From Euprymna scolopes (Eukaryota): 64,000 nt of DNA. Below are positions 1 through 14,100 of the stretch, in pieces. The translations under genes and the position numbers were made by a program. Position 1 is the first letter of the stretch, and each line of letters starts with the position of its first letter. The stretch lies in NCBI GenBank assembly GCA_053919585.1, contig CM132785.1. One strand, 5' to 3'. The notes below the pieces were generated by a model that saw nothing but the letters and a program-made list of their open reading frames with translations, was not told where the DNA came from and did no database searches.

Positions 1-810
1 GACAGTACATACCATCTGGTTAAGTATACTCAAGTTTTCAATGGAAGGTACGTAAGCTCGCATGAGGACATCTGTATCAGGCGTAAACTAGTCCCTCTTG
101 ATGTTAAAAATGGGTCTCAGAAATATCTGGTGTATTCTCTACAGCAATTTATGTCTACCATATGTTGTCCAGGCTTCAGAAGCGTAAATTAAGGATGGTA
201 AGATACAGGATTAATAGGCAAATAAACACTCAGAACACAATCTTAAAAGGCATAGGAAATCATAGTTTCAAAACAAATAGAAAATGTGTGGCTGCTGTAC
301 ATCATTATCAACTGAAATGGGTTCAGATGAACATCCGTTGAAATTTAGGTGAGCTTTCATATTAAGTTGAAACTTCCTGAGTAACCGTAGAAATTGAGGT
401 CGGCCCCATATTTTTATAAAAATTGTCAAGTGGCCATTTTTGTTCACCGTATCAACCGGCTTGATCAGATCAACAAAAATATGATAAAGCGGAACACGAT
501 GTTTAGTATATTTCTTATGCAACTGCGGAGCAGAGATCATATCCACAAACCTATCCCACGAGGAATTTCATAATCTTCCTTGATTGCATAGCCTAGTCCT
601 GGTGGACGAGAACACCATTACAAACATTAGTCATGAGATGAAGAATTTCACGAATGTGCTTATCACTCCCATATAAGAGGACATGCACAGAAATACTATA
701 CATCCCTGAAGTATTACTTCATTAATTGCATCTCTAAGTTCGTCATCAGCTGGTAACTCAGACATTTCATGAATAAGCTTTTGTAGTACTTAAAAATAAC
801 TTTGGATGCC
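1..810 (-). mobile_element. RTE-clade LINE reverse transcriptase remnant (degenerate, internally deleted)
   Basis: ORF 268..546 DMISAPQLHKKYTKHRVPLYHIFVDLIKPVDTVN matches the RTE RT motif DMIFxxRQLQEKCxEQxxPLYxxFVDLxKAFDTVN. Bases 1-240 on minus give LIYASEAWTTY, an RTE C-terminal motif. Confidence 0.8.
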
Positions 811-1151
811 ATTTTCATAAAAATCCGTGGATTGTCAAAGAGATCCGATAAATGCGCAGTCAAACAAGGGAGAATTTTGCTGAAACCCTGAAAGATTGGT
901 TAACGTTTTTTTCCGGGAATTAATTACTATTTTAGTCACGTAAATTCTTCTGATGTCGAAGTTGTGTTCGATTTTGACGAAACATTGGCTTTTTCTCACA
1001 GCAAAGAAAGAAGAAAGAAAAAGCATCGGAACCTTTCTTAACTTTCAACGTCTTACTGAAGATACTTATTACTTCCACCACTCATTACCTTGCCAAGCAG
1101 ACCTCGTATTTTAATTTTTCACCTTCTTCCTGACTGACGTGAATGAGATAA

Positions 1152-3239
1152 TGTAACTGTCACAGAATAAAATAAATGTATTTATGCTGCCACCTCCAAC
1201 TCTGATAGCGTTTAAATTTGCATTTATCTTCTTATTTTCGTATTATCTTTCGTATCGGACACATTTCAGGTTCGACTGCCAGTGTTTTTCTACAGTGTGC
1301 CATCCCCTAGCTGTTCCCGGTCCTTGCAATCTAATCAACATTAAGCCACATGTATCTTCGTTTAGGACGCGGGCACATTGTTTTTGTAAAGGCAGATATC
1401 GTCGATGTAATATGAGTTGCATGATCCGCAGCTTCCCCCTTTATGATAATGGGAACCCCTTCAGTCCAAACCCAAAACGTGTCAGACAGTAGATATTTCC
1501 ATCGATCTCAACAGTCTGGTATGGCCAAAGAGTTTTGTGGACTCGTACTTGGAGATATGCTCTCCTAAGATGCAGCAGCGACACATTAGACCCTTTTTGG
1601 CGCCATTCTCGCATTTAGCAGTGCAAACATCCGCGGTGGACGTGTATGTACCCACGTGATTGTTAATCATCAATCGTACTTTTGTCTTATTCCTCCAAAT
1701 CACACCCATCAAGGTATTTAATATCGCGAGAGGTTCGAGTTTTTCTTCTAGGTATTGCTCGAGCCAACCCCTGTCCATTCATGATCGGAGTTTCTGATTA
1801 TACTCTGAAAATATTTCTGCAGCAATTCGATATTCTGGAACTCAACTGCGAAGTCCTTCAGGTGCATGGCCATCTTCCCATTTCCCTACCGCGATCCACG
1901 CTCATCTCCGATGATGAAATGTAGCAGTGAAGTCAGATTCCCCGATGTAGATAACCGCACATATGCGTACTTTTCCATTACCAATCCGAAATGCACCTGG
2001 TGGTCTCACGGTGGTGTTTCCAAATGTATTTATCGCATCGATTCCTTACAACAGATTAAATCCCAGTAGTCTACCATGCACTACTAGTACATAGACACCA
2101 ATATAGTCGCTTTCGTTTATGGAAATGGTGATCACTCCTGTGCCACAGAACGTACCTCCAATCGTCATGACGTCCCCATTTCTCTCTTCTAGGATCAACA
2201 TTGATCTGCATCTACCATTGTGTGAGAGCACCCCTGTAGCCATTAACGCTGAAAACCGTATTCGGTAGACGGTTATCTCCGGGAGCGCTGTATTTACTTC
2301 TTTGTGGAAATGTAGGTTGTTTCTGATAACTCGTTCCCGTGTTAGTTTCTCGAACAGTACTTAGCCTAGTATCCAACCTTGCCGCATCAATAACAATGCG
2401 TTACAAATCTCCGGCACTCTCTGGCTGTGTTACCCTTGCGGCTCCATCTCTAACAGTTTCCACCGGTGCTAGGGCTGCCTTTGATAGAAATGGCAGACTT
2501 ATTACCGGGTTTACTCACGACTACGACCACATGATGGCTTTGTTTTGTCGATATCTCTCGTTCTTAGTTTTACCATTGGTCAAATCTCGATTTTTCGTGC
2601 CTGCTGGAGTTCGATGGAGATGGCATGACAGAAATCTCATAGCAAAAAAAAAAAAAGAATAAAAATTACAAGACTTTTCAGACCAACTCCTTCGTAGACT
2701 AATCGTCTAATATTGTTTGCGCCTGCTAGCCAGCCCATCAAGCTAAAGTCAACTTCCTAGAGGCCGTCAAGGCACCATCAGTGAATGCTTTTTTTATATT
2801 TTTCTATATTCTTGTTGGTCAGTTTTGTCCATGCATGCCCCTCCAGATAAAATTTTGGCAGGCTTGCCACATCAGCTACCTTCTAAAGTCTTGCTAGAAA
2901 TCAGTTTCTTCAGTCCACATCTCAGTCGGCGATAAACGGCTTCACTATATCAGTGCTGATCTGTAGCTTCGTCATGATAGCAGCCGAAATAGCTTGAAAG
3001 AGTGTCTATAGTTTTTTTTCAAGAAATTTCCTATTTTAGTCATGTCAATTATTTCGGCGTTGAAGTTGTGTTCATGTTAAAGGAAACATTGGCAAAGATA
3101 GAAGAATGCATTTATCTTCTTATTTTCGTATTATCTTTAGCATGAAAGGAGTTTTAGGTTTGAATGAAAATGCTTCTCTGCAGATGTCACACGCCCATAG
3201 TGGGCGCTTATTCTTGTGCCTCTCTACACCGTTATTACA
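1152..3239 (-). mobile_element. Degenerate Gypsy-type LTR retrotransposon (gag-protease-partial RT, internal deletion)
   Basis: Minus-strand frames give gag (ISTDIVKPF...KVADVASLP...AFTDGA), protease end (VLVVHGRLLGFNLL*GIDAI) and RT (GWLEQY...KTKVR...LRRAYLQVRVHKTLWPYQTV...YCLTRFGFGL). A 31-bp direct repeat gcatttatcttcttattttcgtattatcttt at ~1220 and ~3108 marks the LTRs. Termini are tgtaac (1152) and ttaca (3239). Confidence 0.75.
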
Positions 3240-4084
3240 GATCCTTTATATATATTATTTAACTGGAATTTATTACTGAGATGAGTATTATTTATTAATT
3301 TATTTTTGTCGTGGACTATTAGCCAAAAGAATAGTTAGCCAAAACGTCTGGAAACAACAACTAAAAAAGATGAGAATAGTAGTCTGCAATAAAAATAAAC
3401 TTTATAAACGTAGTTCTATCATTCAAGGATAGGGGAGATACTGAAAATGTTTGAGAGCCAAAGATGTTTGTAAAGCAAATGATACGTACACTTAGAGCCT
3501 TTACGATCGAAAGCATTTGATTGAACAGTTTGATCCACCACTATTTTTAAATTTGGCGGAATCGCCTTTGGAAAAGACATTTTTCACACATCGCACATAG
3601 TAACGTCCAACATCTTCCTTACTTGGAGAAATTATTTTTTCTATTTAATCTCGTCTCTCCTGCAAAAATAAACCAGCCGCTGACTGCAGGAAGCCGACTA
3701 GCTAAAAAAATATAGAGAATGCTTACGTCACTCTTTTAGCCCCTTTCCAAGTTCAGGGGTGAGCAGTATATCTCCAAAAATGACTACTCAGACACCAGAT
3801 TATCCACCAAATTTTTTACATGCTGTAAGCGATTTAGTCGAACATGTTAGATAAATCCTTCGTTGCCATAAGACATTTGGGAAGATATCTGCAAATAATA
3901 ATTGCGACACAACATGTTTGTGCTATACATATAGTACCCTCTCAAATCCTACCACTAATTGCACAGTGACAAATTGAAGAAGTAAGATTATTGAGAAGAA
4001 GGTTATTTGGACAGGTATACATATATATATATACATATATAACACACACATACACATACACGTACAGATAGAAATACACTCACA

Positions 4085-4130
<46 letters not shown>

Positions 4131-5824
4131 TAATTTTTTAAACTCTGTATTTATTTATTTACTAATNNNNNNNNNNNNNNNNNNNNNNNNNNNNNNNNNN
4201 NNNNNNNNNNNNNNNNNNNNNNNNNNNNNNNNNNNNNNNNNNNNNNNNNNNNNNNNNNNNNNNNNNNNNNNNNNNNNNNNNNNNNNNNNNNNNNNNNNNN
4301 NNNNNNNNNNATCGTTAATTCATTTGCTTCCTTTAATAACTCCTGCTGATATTCAATTCTTAAGTAATAACTTATATATTTCAGTTGACCCCTTTTCGGC
4401 TTTAAATTTTGGCGCCTTTTTAACGCATCTTGTCTGGGTCATTTTGACATTGGCCTTTCTATTCTAATATTAACTCANNNNNNNNNNNNNNNNNNNNNNN
4501 NNNNNNNNNNNNNNNNNNNNNNNNNNNNNNNNNNNNNNNNNNNNNNNNNNNNNNNNNNNNNNNNNNNNNNNNNNNNNNNNNNNNNNNNNNNNNNNNNNNN
4601 NNNNNNNNNNNNNNNNNNNNNNNNNNNTATTAGTCCAGCCTTGACCGTCGATTTAAATTCTTTTTCTACGCACACCTTTTCCTTGGCTCCATTTGTGAAA
4701 TATTTCACGGAGTTCTGCCTTTTGGATTACTTTGGACCATCTTCCAATTACGCGATTCCCTTGTATTTTACTTGTGGAAATGGAAATTTAACCAACTTTT
4801 TTAAATTTTACCGTTATTTGATATTTTACCCTTCACCAGACTATCTATTCACGTGAAATCACCCTTTTCTTCACCATATTCCCTCTCCTTCACTATTTGT
4901 TATCAAGTAAGATCTATGACTTACTTGTAGTTTCATCAAATACTTTTGCAATGACAATCCGATCCCGCATTTTGCTAAATCCTACCCTCTGGTGAGAAGG
5001 AAAGTATTTCTTCCAAACTCCGCTGATTAAGGACTATCCATTTATTTTGTGCTTCCTAAAAATTTACTTATGAAACAGGAAAAATACTTCCGTTCCATTT
5101 CTGGATTTATAAAAAAGCACTTATTTGACGCATCCCAATCATAACAATGATAATTTGTTACAAAAATTAATCCACAACAAAAACGTTCAGGCCATAACAG
5201 CACAATATTTTTAAAATTGTAACAACTATAATTTGTTTGAATAGAAACATTTTCATGTCACAAACGCACCATATATATGTATATGCAAATATTGTACGTC
5301 TATGTTATTTTTTTCAAATCAGTCATTGAAATAAAACCAAGCATGGTTGAAGAAAAATGATTTTTGCTTGACTGTTTCTTTTCTTAATATATAAAATTAT
5401 TATTTAATTAGTAAATACTTATAATATCAATGAACATTTATATATGTATGTTAATTGTTTTTATAATCATCAGTATGACATTATGTAACCATACTCTCTG
5501 CTGGGCGATTCCAACACAGAATCGCAATATTAGAAATCCCAGTTTCATACTACATATTTGTTTTTTCATTATCTGCTTTCATATATGAATGCATCTGTGT
5601 CCGTGATGGAATAACTGCCTCTTTATGCCTATTAAACAGATTCCATTTCAAAACAATACGAAATTCAGTTAAATGAAGCTCATGTTGATCAGATCTTTTG
5701 GTCATAACTTTTTATGGAGGTGAACTTTACAATTAATGATTAAAATGTAGACCTAACCAATTCAGATGTCCGGCTAACAGTTACATGGACATATTACTGT
5801 TTATTCATTCTTACCGATATATAT

Positions 5825-5878
<54 letters not shown>

Positions 5879-6496
5879 GAGGCTGTGAGATCTGGTTCAA
5901 TTTTAGCATTCATCCTATCGAATGTATTTGTGCGTTAAAGGATTGTTAAATGATGTTTTTGTTTGTTTGATATGTCTGAAAAAAAAAAGGCTTCTGTAAG
6001 TGCATTTTCAAATTACATCAATCCACATGATGAAAACTAGCAATACGAAACACGTGCACGTAATATCCTGACGGAACAGAATTGACCTGATTTATTTCTC
6101 TTCTTTTCTTGTTTTCATTGTGCAGCTCTGATCATTTTTTTGCAATTAAGCTAAAGAGTTTGCAAATAATTCTCGTGACAATTTTTCTTCCAACGAATCC
6201 AGAAGGGAAAATTGTTGCCTAATGTTTTTGCCAATTGCCTACTTACTATGGCCGGCATTCATGACATGAAAGTCTTATTTTTTTTTTTTACAAAATTTCT
6301 AATCATTTTCCAGAGTATACAGACGAACCATATCATTATATTGTTTTAAAAGCGTCGTGCTTTTTAATCGAATGCGGTGCAGAATGAAAGTTTAGCCTTT
6401 GTATTTAACACAATCAATCGTATTTTAGTATAAAGTATTGAAAAATATGTAACACAGTCTGCTTATGCTAAATTTATTGAAAACAGTTTTTTTGTA

Positions 6497-7812
6497 CAGG
6501 ATGTCCCAAAAGAAACTGATGATTAAAAAAATCATAACTTTCTTAATTTTTATGTTTTTCTTTTATTTTATTAAGATCATCTAGAGTAACCATTCCACGA
6601 TCATCATGAGTCGTTACACTACCGAGGAGCGGATATTTATCGTAGAGTTGTATTTTCGGTTGAATGAACCCATATCAGCACAGGACATTTCCCTACTCCC
6701 AATGCAATAAAAGGTATGGTGGCTCGATTTAATGAGCACGGATCTGTATGTGATCTCCTTAAATCTACGGCAAGAAGTGATGAGAATGGTCAGAGATTAG
6801 CGGAGAGTGTGGCCAAGGATCCATCCACATCAGTAAGCAGGAGATCGTCAAATTGGGGTCTCTCAATCATCTTTTCACAGAATGTTCCATAAAGCGGGCA
6901 AATTTCCATATAAAATTCAATTGGTGCAAGAGTTTCAGCCAAACGATCCGGAAAAAGGCTGTAATACGCCATGCAATTCCAAGATTTGGCTAATAGTGAT
7001 CTAAGCTTTCTCAAAAACCTCATTATGTCCGATGAGGCCCATTTTCATCTGAATGCGTTCATAAATAAGCAAAATTGCAAGATTTGGGAATCAGAAAATC
7101 CCCATGTAACAGCACAATGGAAATTACACCCTAAAAATGTACAGTATGGTGTGGAGTAACGGAGGATGAAGTAATCAGACCTTACTTTTTTGAAAATAAT
7201 GAAGGAGAGAATGTAACAGTGACAGAAGCTCGGCACCGCCAGAGGCTTGAAGATTTTGTTCGACCTTGGGTACAAAACCAACCACCAATCTGATTCCAGC
7301 AGGATGGTGCAACGGCGCATACGGCACGAGAAACATATTCAGAAACCGAATAATTTTTCGGGGCTGTGAGATAAATTGGCCACCCCGCTTGCCAGATCTC
7401 ACATGTGCAGATTTATTTCTTTGGGGTTTCCTAAAAGAGCAGATATACGCAAACAAACCAGCCACAATACAAGCCCTTAAAACAATATAGAGGAGGAAAT
7501 TAGGGTCATAAGCCCTGAAATATTAAGTGATTTGCTGGACAATGCCCTTCAGAGATCACAAAAGTGTGAAAATAAAAATGGTGGACATTTGAGTAACATC
7601 ATTTTTCATAACTAAAATTAGACCTTGTGAAAAACATACCCTATATCAACTTGTGTAAATAAAATTAGAATAAGTAGACTATAATATCTTACTATATCAC
7701 AAGAAATTACGGAGAGGCTCATCTACCTGCATATGAAAATTGGTAAGCATAACTTAAATATTGAGGAAGTTGATCAAATTTAAAATCCGTCAGCTACTTT
7801 TGGGACATCCTG
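6497..7812 (+). mobile_element. Full-length but inactive Tc1/mariner-superfamily DNA transposon (DUF4817-type N-terminus)
   Basis: TA|CAGGATGTCCCAAAAG ... CTTTTGGGACATCCTG|TA terminal inverted repeats. Broken transposase from ATG ~6606 (MSRYTTEERIFIVELYF), with MSDEAHFHLN, QQDGATAHT and WPPRLPDLTCADLFLWGFLK. Confidence 0.92.
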
Positions 7813-7929
7813 TATTTTTTAAAAACGTATTTCACACTAATCTTTATTATACTAATAAAACTGATTCTGCTATTATCTTGCCACTGTGTTTTTATCGGTA
7901 CATGAATTTTTAAGGTGACAAAAATTAAG

Positions 7930-9020
7930 GCAACTTTTTAAACATCGCCTCAAACAAGACGTGAACTCACTTAACTTCCAAGAACGAAAGATAGGCAGGA
8001 GATGCTTATTGACCTTAGTCTTTAAAAGGTCAAGGTTATAAGTAGGGTGAAAGCAGTCAGCAGGATAAGAGTTCCACAAATCTTCAGTTCTTGGAAAGAA
8101 GCTCCGAGAATAGGAATCTGTATTACAACGAGGTATAAAAACAATGAATTGATGGAGGCCATTACACTAACAAGTCAGACTAGCTGAAACAAAAGAAGCA
8201 ACAAAGTACATGAGACAATTCTGAAAAACACATAATATTATTTATAAAAAAGACTGAGACTAGCAACATTATGTCTGTAAGAGCGAGTTTTCAGATAAGA
8301 AGATAGTGTGGCTAATAAATTGTAGATACGTTTCTGTGTTTTATAAAGAACTTGCCAAAGGAGAAAGGATTCACTTGCCACAAAGTTAGAAATACTTTAT
8401 CTCTATAAATATACCATCAGATATAACATATAACATAGTGTGATGGTATATTTTATAGATAGAAAATAGCATCAGGTGTGAGAAAGTGTTTAGAATGATA
8501 CAGAGGAATTACTCTATAAGAAGCAGAAAGATCCATAAATATAATATATGTACCCCAAGGACGATTTGAGGAGAAAGAAATACGGAGAAGTTTCAGAGTT
8601 TATATTTCTTCAGAACCATCCGTGAGAATCTCAGGAATAAAAGGGACACACTTACGATTGAAAGACACAAGCTAAGTCTAAACAGGATTAAATAAAACAG
8701 ATCAACATATACCTCAGTCTACAACTGAACCTAAAGCAACTCCTAGATTAGATTCTCCCAGGGAGATGGGCGAGACACAACACCAAAATAAAGAGTAAAA
8801 CCATCAACAAAAACATTTGTTTTCTGAACAATATACATTGACAGATCATTGATACATAGAGGAAACAGACTTGATTCTAGAACACAGGATTGAGGAACAC
8901 CAGTATATATAGGGAATAAGAATGAAGAGACGTCATCGAATGTTACTCACATGTATACATCAATAATAATAGTTAAAACAATACCTCGCTGCATCTTTAC
9001 CAATAAACCCTATCGACATT
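7930..9020 (-). mobile_element. CR1/Jockey-group LINE 3' fragment
   Basis: WNSYPADCFHPTYNLDLLKTKVNKHLL C-terminal motif; a degenerate GVPQ...CINDL RT motif near 8850-8905. Confidence 0.75.
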
Positions 9021-9029
9021 AGTGTAGTG

Positions 9030-10000
9030 TTTTGCAAAAAACAAACAAAAACAAAAACAAAAACAAACTTTCAATTAAATTCCACCATTTGCGATCAGGG
9101 TCGCCAATCTTCTGACTCATTCCCTATGGCTGTAAATGCTCTGACCGACAAACATATTTGTTCTGGATGTTGCCAAACTTATACAGAATCCTGATGCCAA
9201 CAAGGAAACTAGTCCTGGCAACATCCCAATTCTTAACGCATTGCAATCGGAACTAGCTCCTATGCTTATGAAGTATCGTTACTTGAAAAGCAAGGCTTCC
9301 CATCATCTGAAAATTTCGTCATATTGACTCGTATTTGAAAATACGGGAAAACGATTCAATTTCCTGTGCGTCATGAGTAAGTCTTTAGAAATTGTGATAA
9401 AGCATAAGTTGTAAACCTCCTAAGCAAAACAATCTACTCAGTGATAGACATCGAATTCGTCCTGTAATGTCAATACCTATAATATGAAAGAGGAAGAGTG
9501 AGTCTTTAAACGAGGGTGTAATTTCTAGAGAAATTAACTTTTAATATGTTACCTTAACCATCAAATTCCTTGTGGTAGGTTTATAAAGTAGTGGTTGAAG
9601 GACAGAAGATCGAAGCACATAGTTTTTACGCCATTGTATGCAAAAATTTAATTTTGAACGAACCCTCTTCCTGATCTTGATCAATTCTCTTCAAAATACT
9701 AGATGACATAACAAACTATGACAGCATTTTGGAGACCATTGATGATCAATATCTTTCTGATCCTCTCTCCTCTGGAGCACACAGTGTTTACCCACTGTAT
9801 AGAAACCAAGCTTCACTAGTTGGATCCTCAGTTCGTAAAAACTGAAATAAACCGCTTTTACTTTAAGGAAACCCATTGCTTAGATATTGAACATTTACTC
9901 TAGAACTGAAATAAAAATCTAGATCACATCTGTTAGTTGACAACAAATTGCATAATTTCACGACTCCTGAATGCATCTGACTCCTCATACAATCTGCTAC
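9030..10000 (+). mobile_element. CR1/Jockey-group LINE fragment, highly decayed
   Basis: DVAKLIQNPDANKETSPGNIPI...QSELAPML and RFIKVVVEGQKIEA align with the window's own LINE ORFs 50560..51105 and 50324..50566. Confidence 0.75.
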
Positions 10001-11695
10001 ATGTATAATAGTAAAATATATACTTAAATGGAGTACTGTTGCCTCATCTGGAGAGGCACCACCTAATTTTTTGCTATATGTACCTATGACTAAACATTAC
10101 TTCCTTGAGAAAAGTTTGTTTCCAGGAACCACCCATCTGTTAATCGAAATATCACGTTTGCTTCTAATCTGATTAAAATATAGTTCTTGTCAAGTCTAAT
10201 GTAAACAAGTTCGCACTAAACCAATTTTTCTTAGTACCAACCATCGTTAGCAATGCTTGATGGTGTTGTTTCATCGTCCATCTGACAAATTCGATGACTC
10301 TTATCCTCGAGTAGCCATTGGGAATTAATAAGCGGTGATTCATTACTAAATAAAACACTCTTTTGTTTGCTTCATTAGACAGATTGTAATAATGTTTTAA
10401 TAATATACACATAAAACAACTTCACACATAGGTAGAAATACAGTGCATTTCAACAAACGTTTTGTTCAATAACTGATTATCAACATATAAATAAAGTACA
10501 TAGATGTATATGCATGAGTTTGTCTGTCTGTGTATAAACATTTAACAGGTAAAATTTTTAATTACTGGTCACATGACATTGGAATTAACAGAAAAAAATA
10601 ATCATACATCAACGATGGGGTCTAACGAGTAAAACGTTTATTTGGATGGATGAATAACATGTACTTTAACATGTCTGCAAGTTGAAATGCTCAAATTCAC
10701 TTCCTTTCTTCTAGTAGCTTTATATTAAATAGTTCTACCCTATATCTTGATAGCTACATCGGTAGGAGACGCGGCTGAAGCGCTAATTTATTTTTTTGGT
10801 CGCGATTCTTGCTGATGGTACAAAAATCATTTTAAAAAACTTTGGAATCACTACAGGATATTAAGTACAATATAATATTCAATACAGAAGTGACTCTATA
10901 ATGATAAATATGAAATCTGCATGAATTAAAATATACTATTTAAGTGTATTTTACAACCTGGCAAGGCTAGATTAATAATCAGAAAGAGTATATTCACTCT
11001 TTCGCAATTTCACAAAATAACAAAACCCTATTAATTTTTATCTGAAAATAACCCTAATTATAAATAGAACTTCGTTTTTCAGAAAGAATATAATTATTTA
11101 TTCATCTTTTCAGACAAAAAAGAATGTTTCTGTAAACCTGTGAATAAATATGGAAATTTAAATCTACAGTTTTATGTAAAAATAATCCAGATCTATTCTC
11201 GACTAAGGAATAGAAGAAAGTATACTGCCAGCTATTTCGAGTCGTCCTTGCCTGTTTCTATTTTATTAGAATTCACTAAGGTGGTTAGCTATTTGGGAGT
11301 ATTAGGTGCTGTATGTGCGACGGTTCTAGTTGTATCACTAATCGAAAAGAAGGAAATACAATAAACATAACATATTGGTTCGTACAAATGTGATCTATGT
11401 CGACCAGACACTAGCTGGCAATGATGGGGCGAATTCAGAACATTATGTAAAAGAATATCTCCCAGATTCATAAAACATTTAATAAACGTGTATTTATTTC
11501 TGGCCATCTTTAATTTGACATCGTATTGTATCGACTCTATTTGCATATTTTTTGGTTTAATAAAAGAAATAAAAAATCACGAATTATTCACTTGGTGTTT
11601 AGTATTACTCATTTAAATTTATTAATGTTTTGTATGTAGTTTTCAACTTGCAGATTAAGGACGTCTACAAAAAATTCAGCAGTAATATTATATTT

Positions 11696-14100
11696 TGTGA
11701 TCTTATTTTATCTCTAAAATATAGTCACCACTTTTTGGCACAATGAAGAAGGTTTCCTTTTGGAGGAGTTATGAGCTTATACATTAATTAAGCTTGTGAA
11801 CACATTATTTTGTACTTGTGGAGAGATGCGCATATATTTAAAAATGTCGAGCTTGCCAACTTTACAATTGACGAGCTTGTTTATCAATTTGGTGCAGAGT
11901 GAAACGTAAGCCATTGCATGCTAACAAGTTAATTTGAAAAACAAAATATGTGCGATTAAGCATATATTTCACTCTCTTTCTCTCTCATTCTTTCTGTCTG
12001 TCTCTTTTCCCCTCTCTTTCAAGAGAAAAAAGAAAGAGTTGGATTGCTATTGTTTTTATCATTTGATCGTGTCTAACACTTGAGGAGATAGTTTCCTCAA
12101 CCAAGTAACACGTCCCGGCAAATGAACAGTATCATATTGGTGCCGTGACAAGGATTATCCCTCGCATAGGAATAAGCCCGACCCTGAGAAACTTAAAAAT
12201 TCTAGACCATCCTAAAGCGATTACGAACATTTTTACAATAGTAACTGAAAACTAGAAAACATTCTGCAAAAGTCCATGGACACAACAACCCCAGAAATAA
12301 TACCAGCATCTAGAGAGAAAAATACCACATAAAACTTCAGAAAAGCTACAGTTGGTGGCTATTTCCAATGTTCGTTTTTGTTACTCGGCATATTTATTGG
12401 TTTTAATAATTCGTAAAAAATATTTTGTTGATAGAGCTTTTTGTTTAAACGTCAGCTATTTAAAAATATATATTTAGATAAAATGGCTAATACTAACTAA
12501 GACCCATTTAACAGAGTCATCACAGGTGGATCGAATATCCCAGTATTTACTGGAAAACCGTCTGATTTTAATTCATGGCTAGCAGCTCTGAAAAAAAAAG
12601 AGCGGGTCGTCCAGCTAACAGGCCTCAAACTATTAAACTGTCATACACCTTCACGGACGGTCTAGTATGGGAAACGATCAGAGAATATCTTAATGATTAT
12701 CCGAGCTGCACCAGTAAAAATCTGTTCTATCAAATAGCAGCCCAGTACGGTGAATTCACAAATGCTGCCGATGCTGCCTGGGGTCTAATAAGAATAAAAC
12801 AAGATCCAGGTGAGGTATTCGTGGACTTAGCAAGTAAGATAAATAGACCTACTAAGTTAGCCTATAGAGCCGTAGAGATGAGGGGAAGTTCAGCTTTGCA
12901 AGCGCGTTTAGCTGAATTCTTCATAGATAGATAAAGTAACAACTTTAGCAAGGACAATGAGATCAGATCAAATCCGGCAACATTACCAGAGCCTTTGTTT
13001 GCTACTAGACAAAGTGAAATGCTATGTGAACGACTTTGAAGTAACCACTTAAACGAACAAACTATCATAAATAATAGCTCGTTATGTGTCAGGGGGGCAA
13101 AGTGGAGCAACTATAATTAGGGTACTCAAAACCGAATCTTACAGCAGATGTAATGTTGTAAGGTATAAATTTTATCGGTGGACAGCGAGAGCGTTTCAAC
13201 CATAACAGGCTAGAGCGAGAATGACAATGATTACCTGAGGAATAATTAAGTAACTTTACTTCAGTAAAAGAAAAGGCCAGGTTACCCTCGAAATTCACTC
13301 ACCACCGGCCTACTCAGTGGCTAAATACACGGAATGCCACTATGTCGAAGCCTCAAAGAACGGAGTAACCTTGAAACGCGGAAAACCAGAGGTAATAGAT
13401 ATCCAGAAGACGGTGAGAGTAGGCCTAATTAGGCCGACCAAAGAAATAAATCGGTTAAGAAAACTTGGAAAAATAGATTCGAGGAAATAAACCCATCAAC
13501 CAGGACTCCGGAATGGAGTGTATAGTTACAATAAGGGGTTTGCCGATAGAGGCAATGATCGACACTGGGTCGGAAATCTCGCTCATCAAAACGGCAGTTT
13601 TTGAGGAGCTAAAAATACATAAAATGTAGCTAGGAGATTCAAACCTAAGTTACTCTCGCCAACGGACAAAAAAACACACTAAAAAACACATCCCATTTGC
13701 CCATTAAAATGAAGAAAGCGAAAACTTCATCAAGGTTTTATATCACCCCAAACTTGGATCGGGACTTGATACTGGGTGCGAATTGGTTGCAAAGGAACTG
13801 AGCCTAATTACCCTTTCACTCTAACCAACTAAAGATTACTTGGTAGTAATAATAGTGGCAGAGTCGAGATATCTCCATGCACCGCATCGACGCATACTGT
13901 TAGAGCAGTTTCTAACAAACAAAATAATCCACCCCGTCAGCGTTAGTCCAAAAACGGAAATCTATAACAGAGGCAATTATAGTATGCTTCAATCTATCAA
14001 CATCATATGTACTTGTGATTCGTAAGAGCTTCAGAAAAATTATCAGCTTTCCACATAACGTTTCAGAAAAAGAAGGGACTTAAAATGAACAATCCCTTCA
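11696..14100 (+). mobile_element. Gypsy-type LTR retrotransposon 5' remnant (LTR, tRNA-His PBS, gag, protease)
   Basis: LTR ends ...cagtatca (~12133), followed by PBS tggtgccgtgacaaggat (~12138), complementary to a tRNA-His 3' end. gag gives NIPVFTGKPSDFNSWL plus ORF 12575..12934. Aspartic protease gives IEAMIDTGSEISLI (~13545-13590) and DLILGANWL. Confidence 0.82.

Larger units (their letters stand above)
5474..11473 (+). pseudogene. Decayed IgSF single-pass membrane protein gene, copy A (putative exons ~5474-5719, 10184-10334, 10549-10761, 11114-11473)
   Basis: AG/GT-bounded segments. The phase-1 join 10761/11114 reads SFILNSSTLYLDSYI-D-KKECFCKPVNKYGNLNLQFYVKII (Ig E/F/G strands), preceded by CTLTC (B strand). 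It is followed by a hydrophobic TM VVSYLGVLGAVCATVLVVSLI, a frameshifted tail, and AATAAA at ~11481. Contains stops and frameshifts. Confidence 0.55.

Noticed and set aside
6040-6250. piggyBac C-terminal Cys-rich remnant (minus) or exon after the strong acceptor at 6125 (plus)
   Set aside because: Neither reading is decisive, and no TTAA-bounded TIRs were found.
9703-9845. Apparent terminal exon DDITNYDSILETIDDQY...
   Set aside because: It is the decayed YADD region of the + strand LINE fragment.
7930-10000. Head-to-head LINE pieces as a twin-priming inversion
   Set aside because: The two pieces overlap extensively in RT coordinates and look like different subfamilies.
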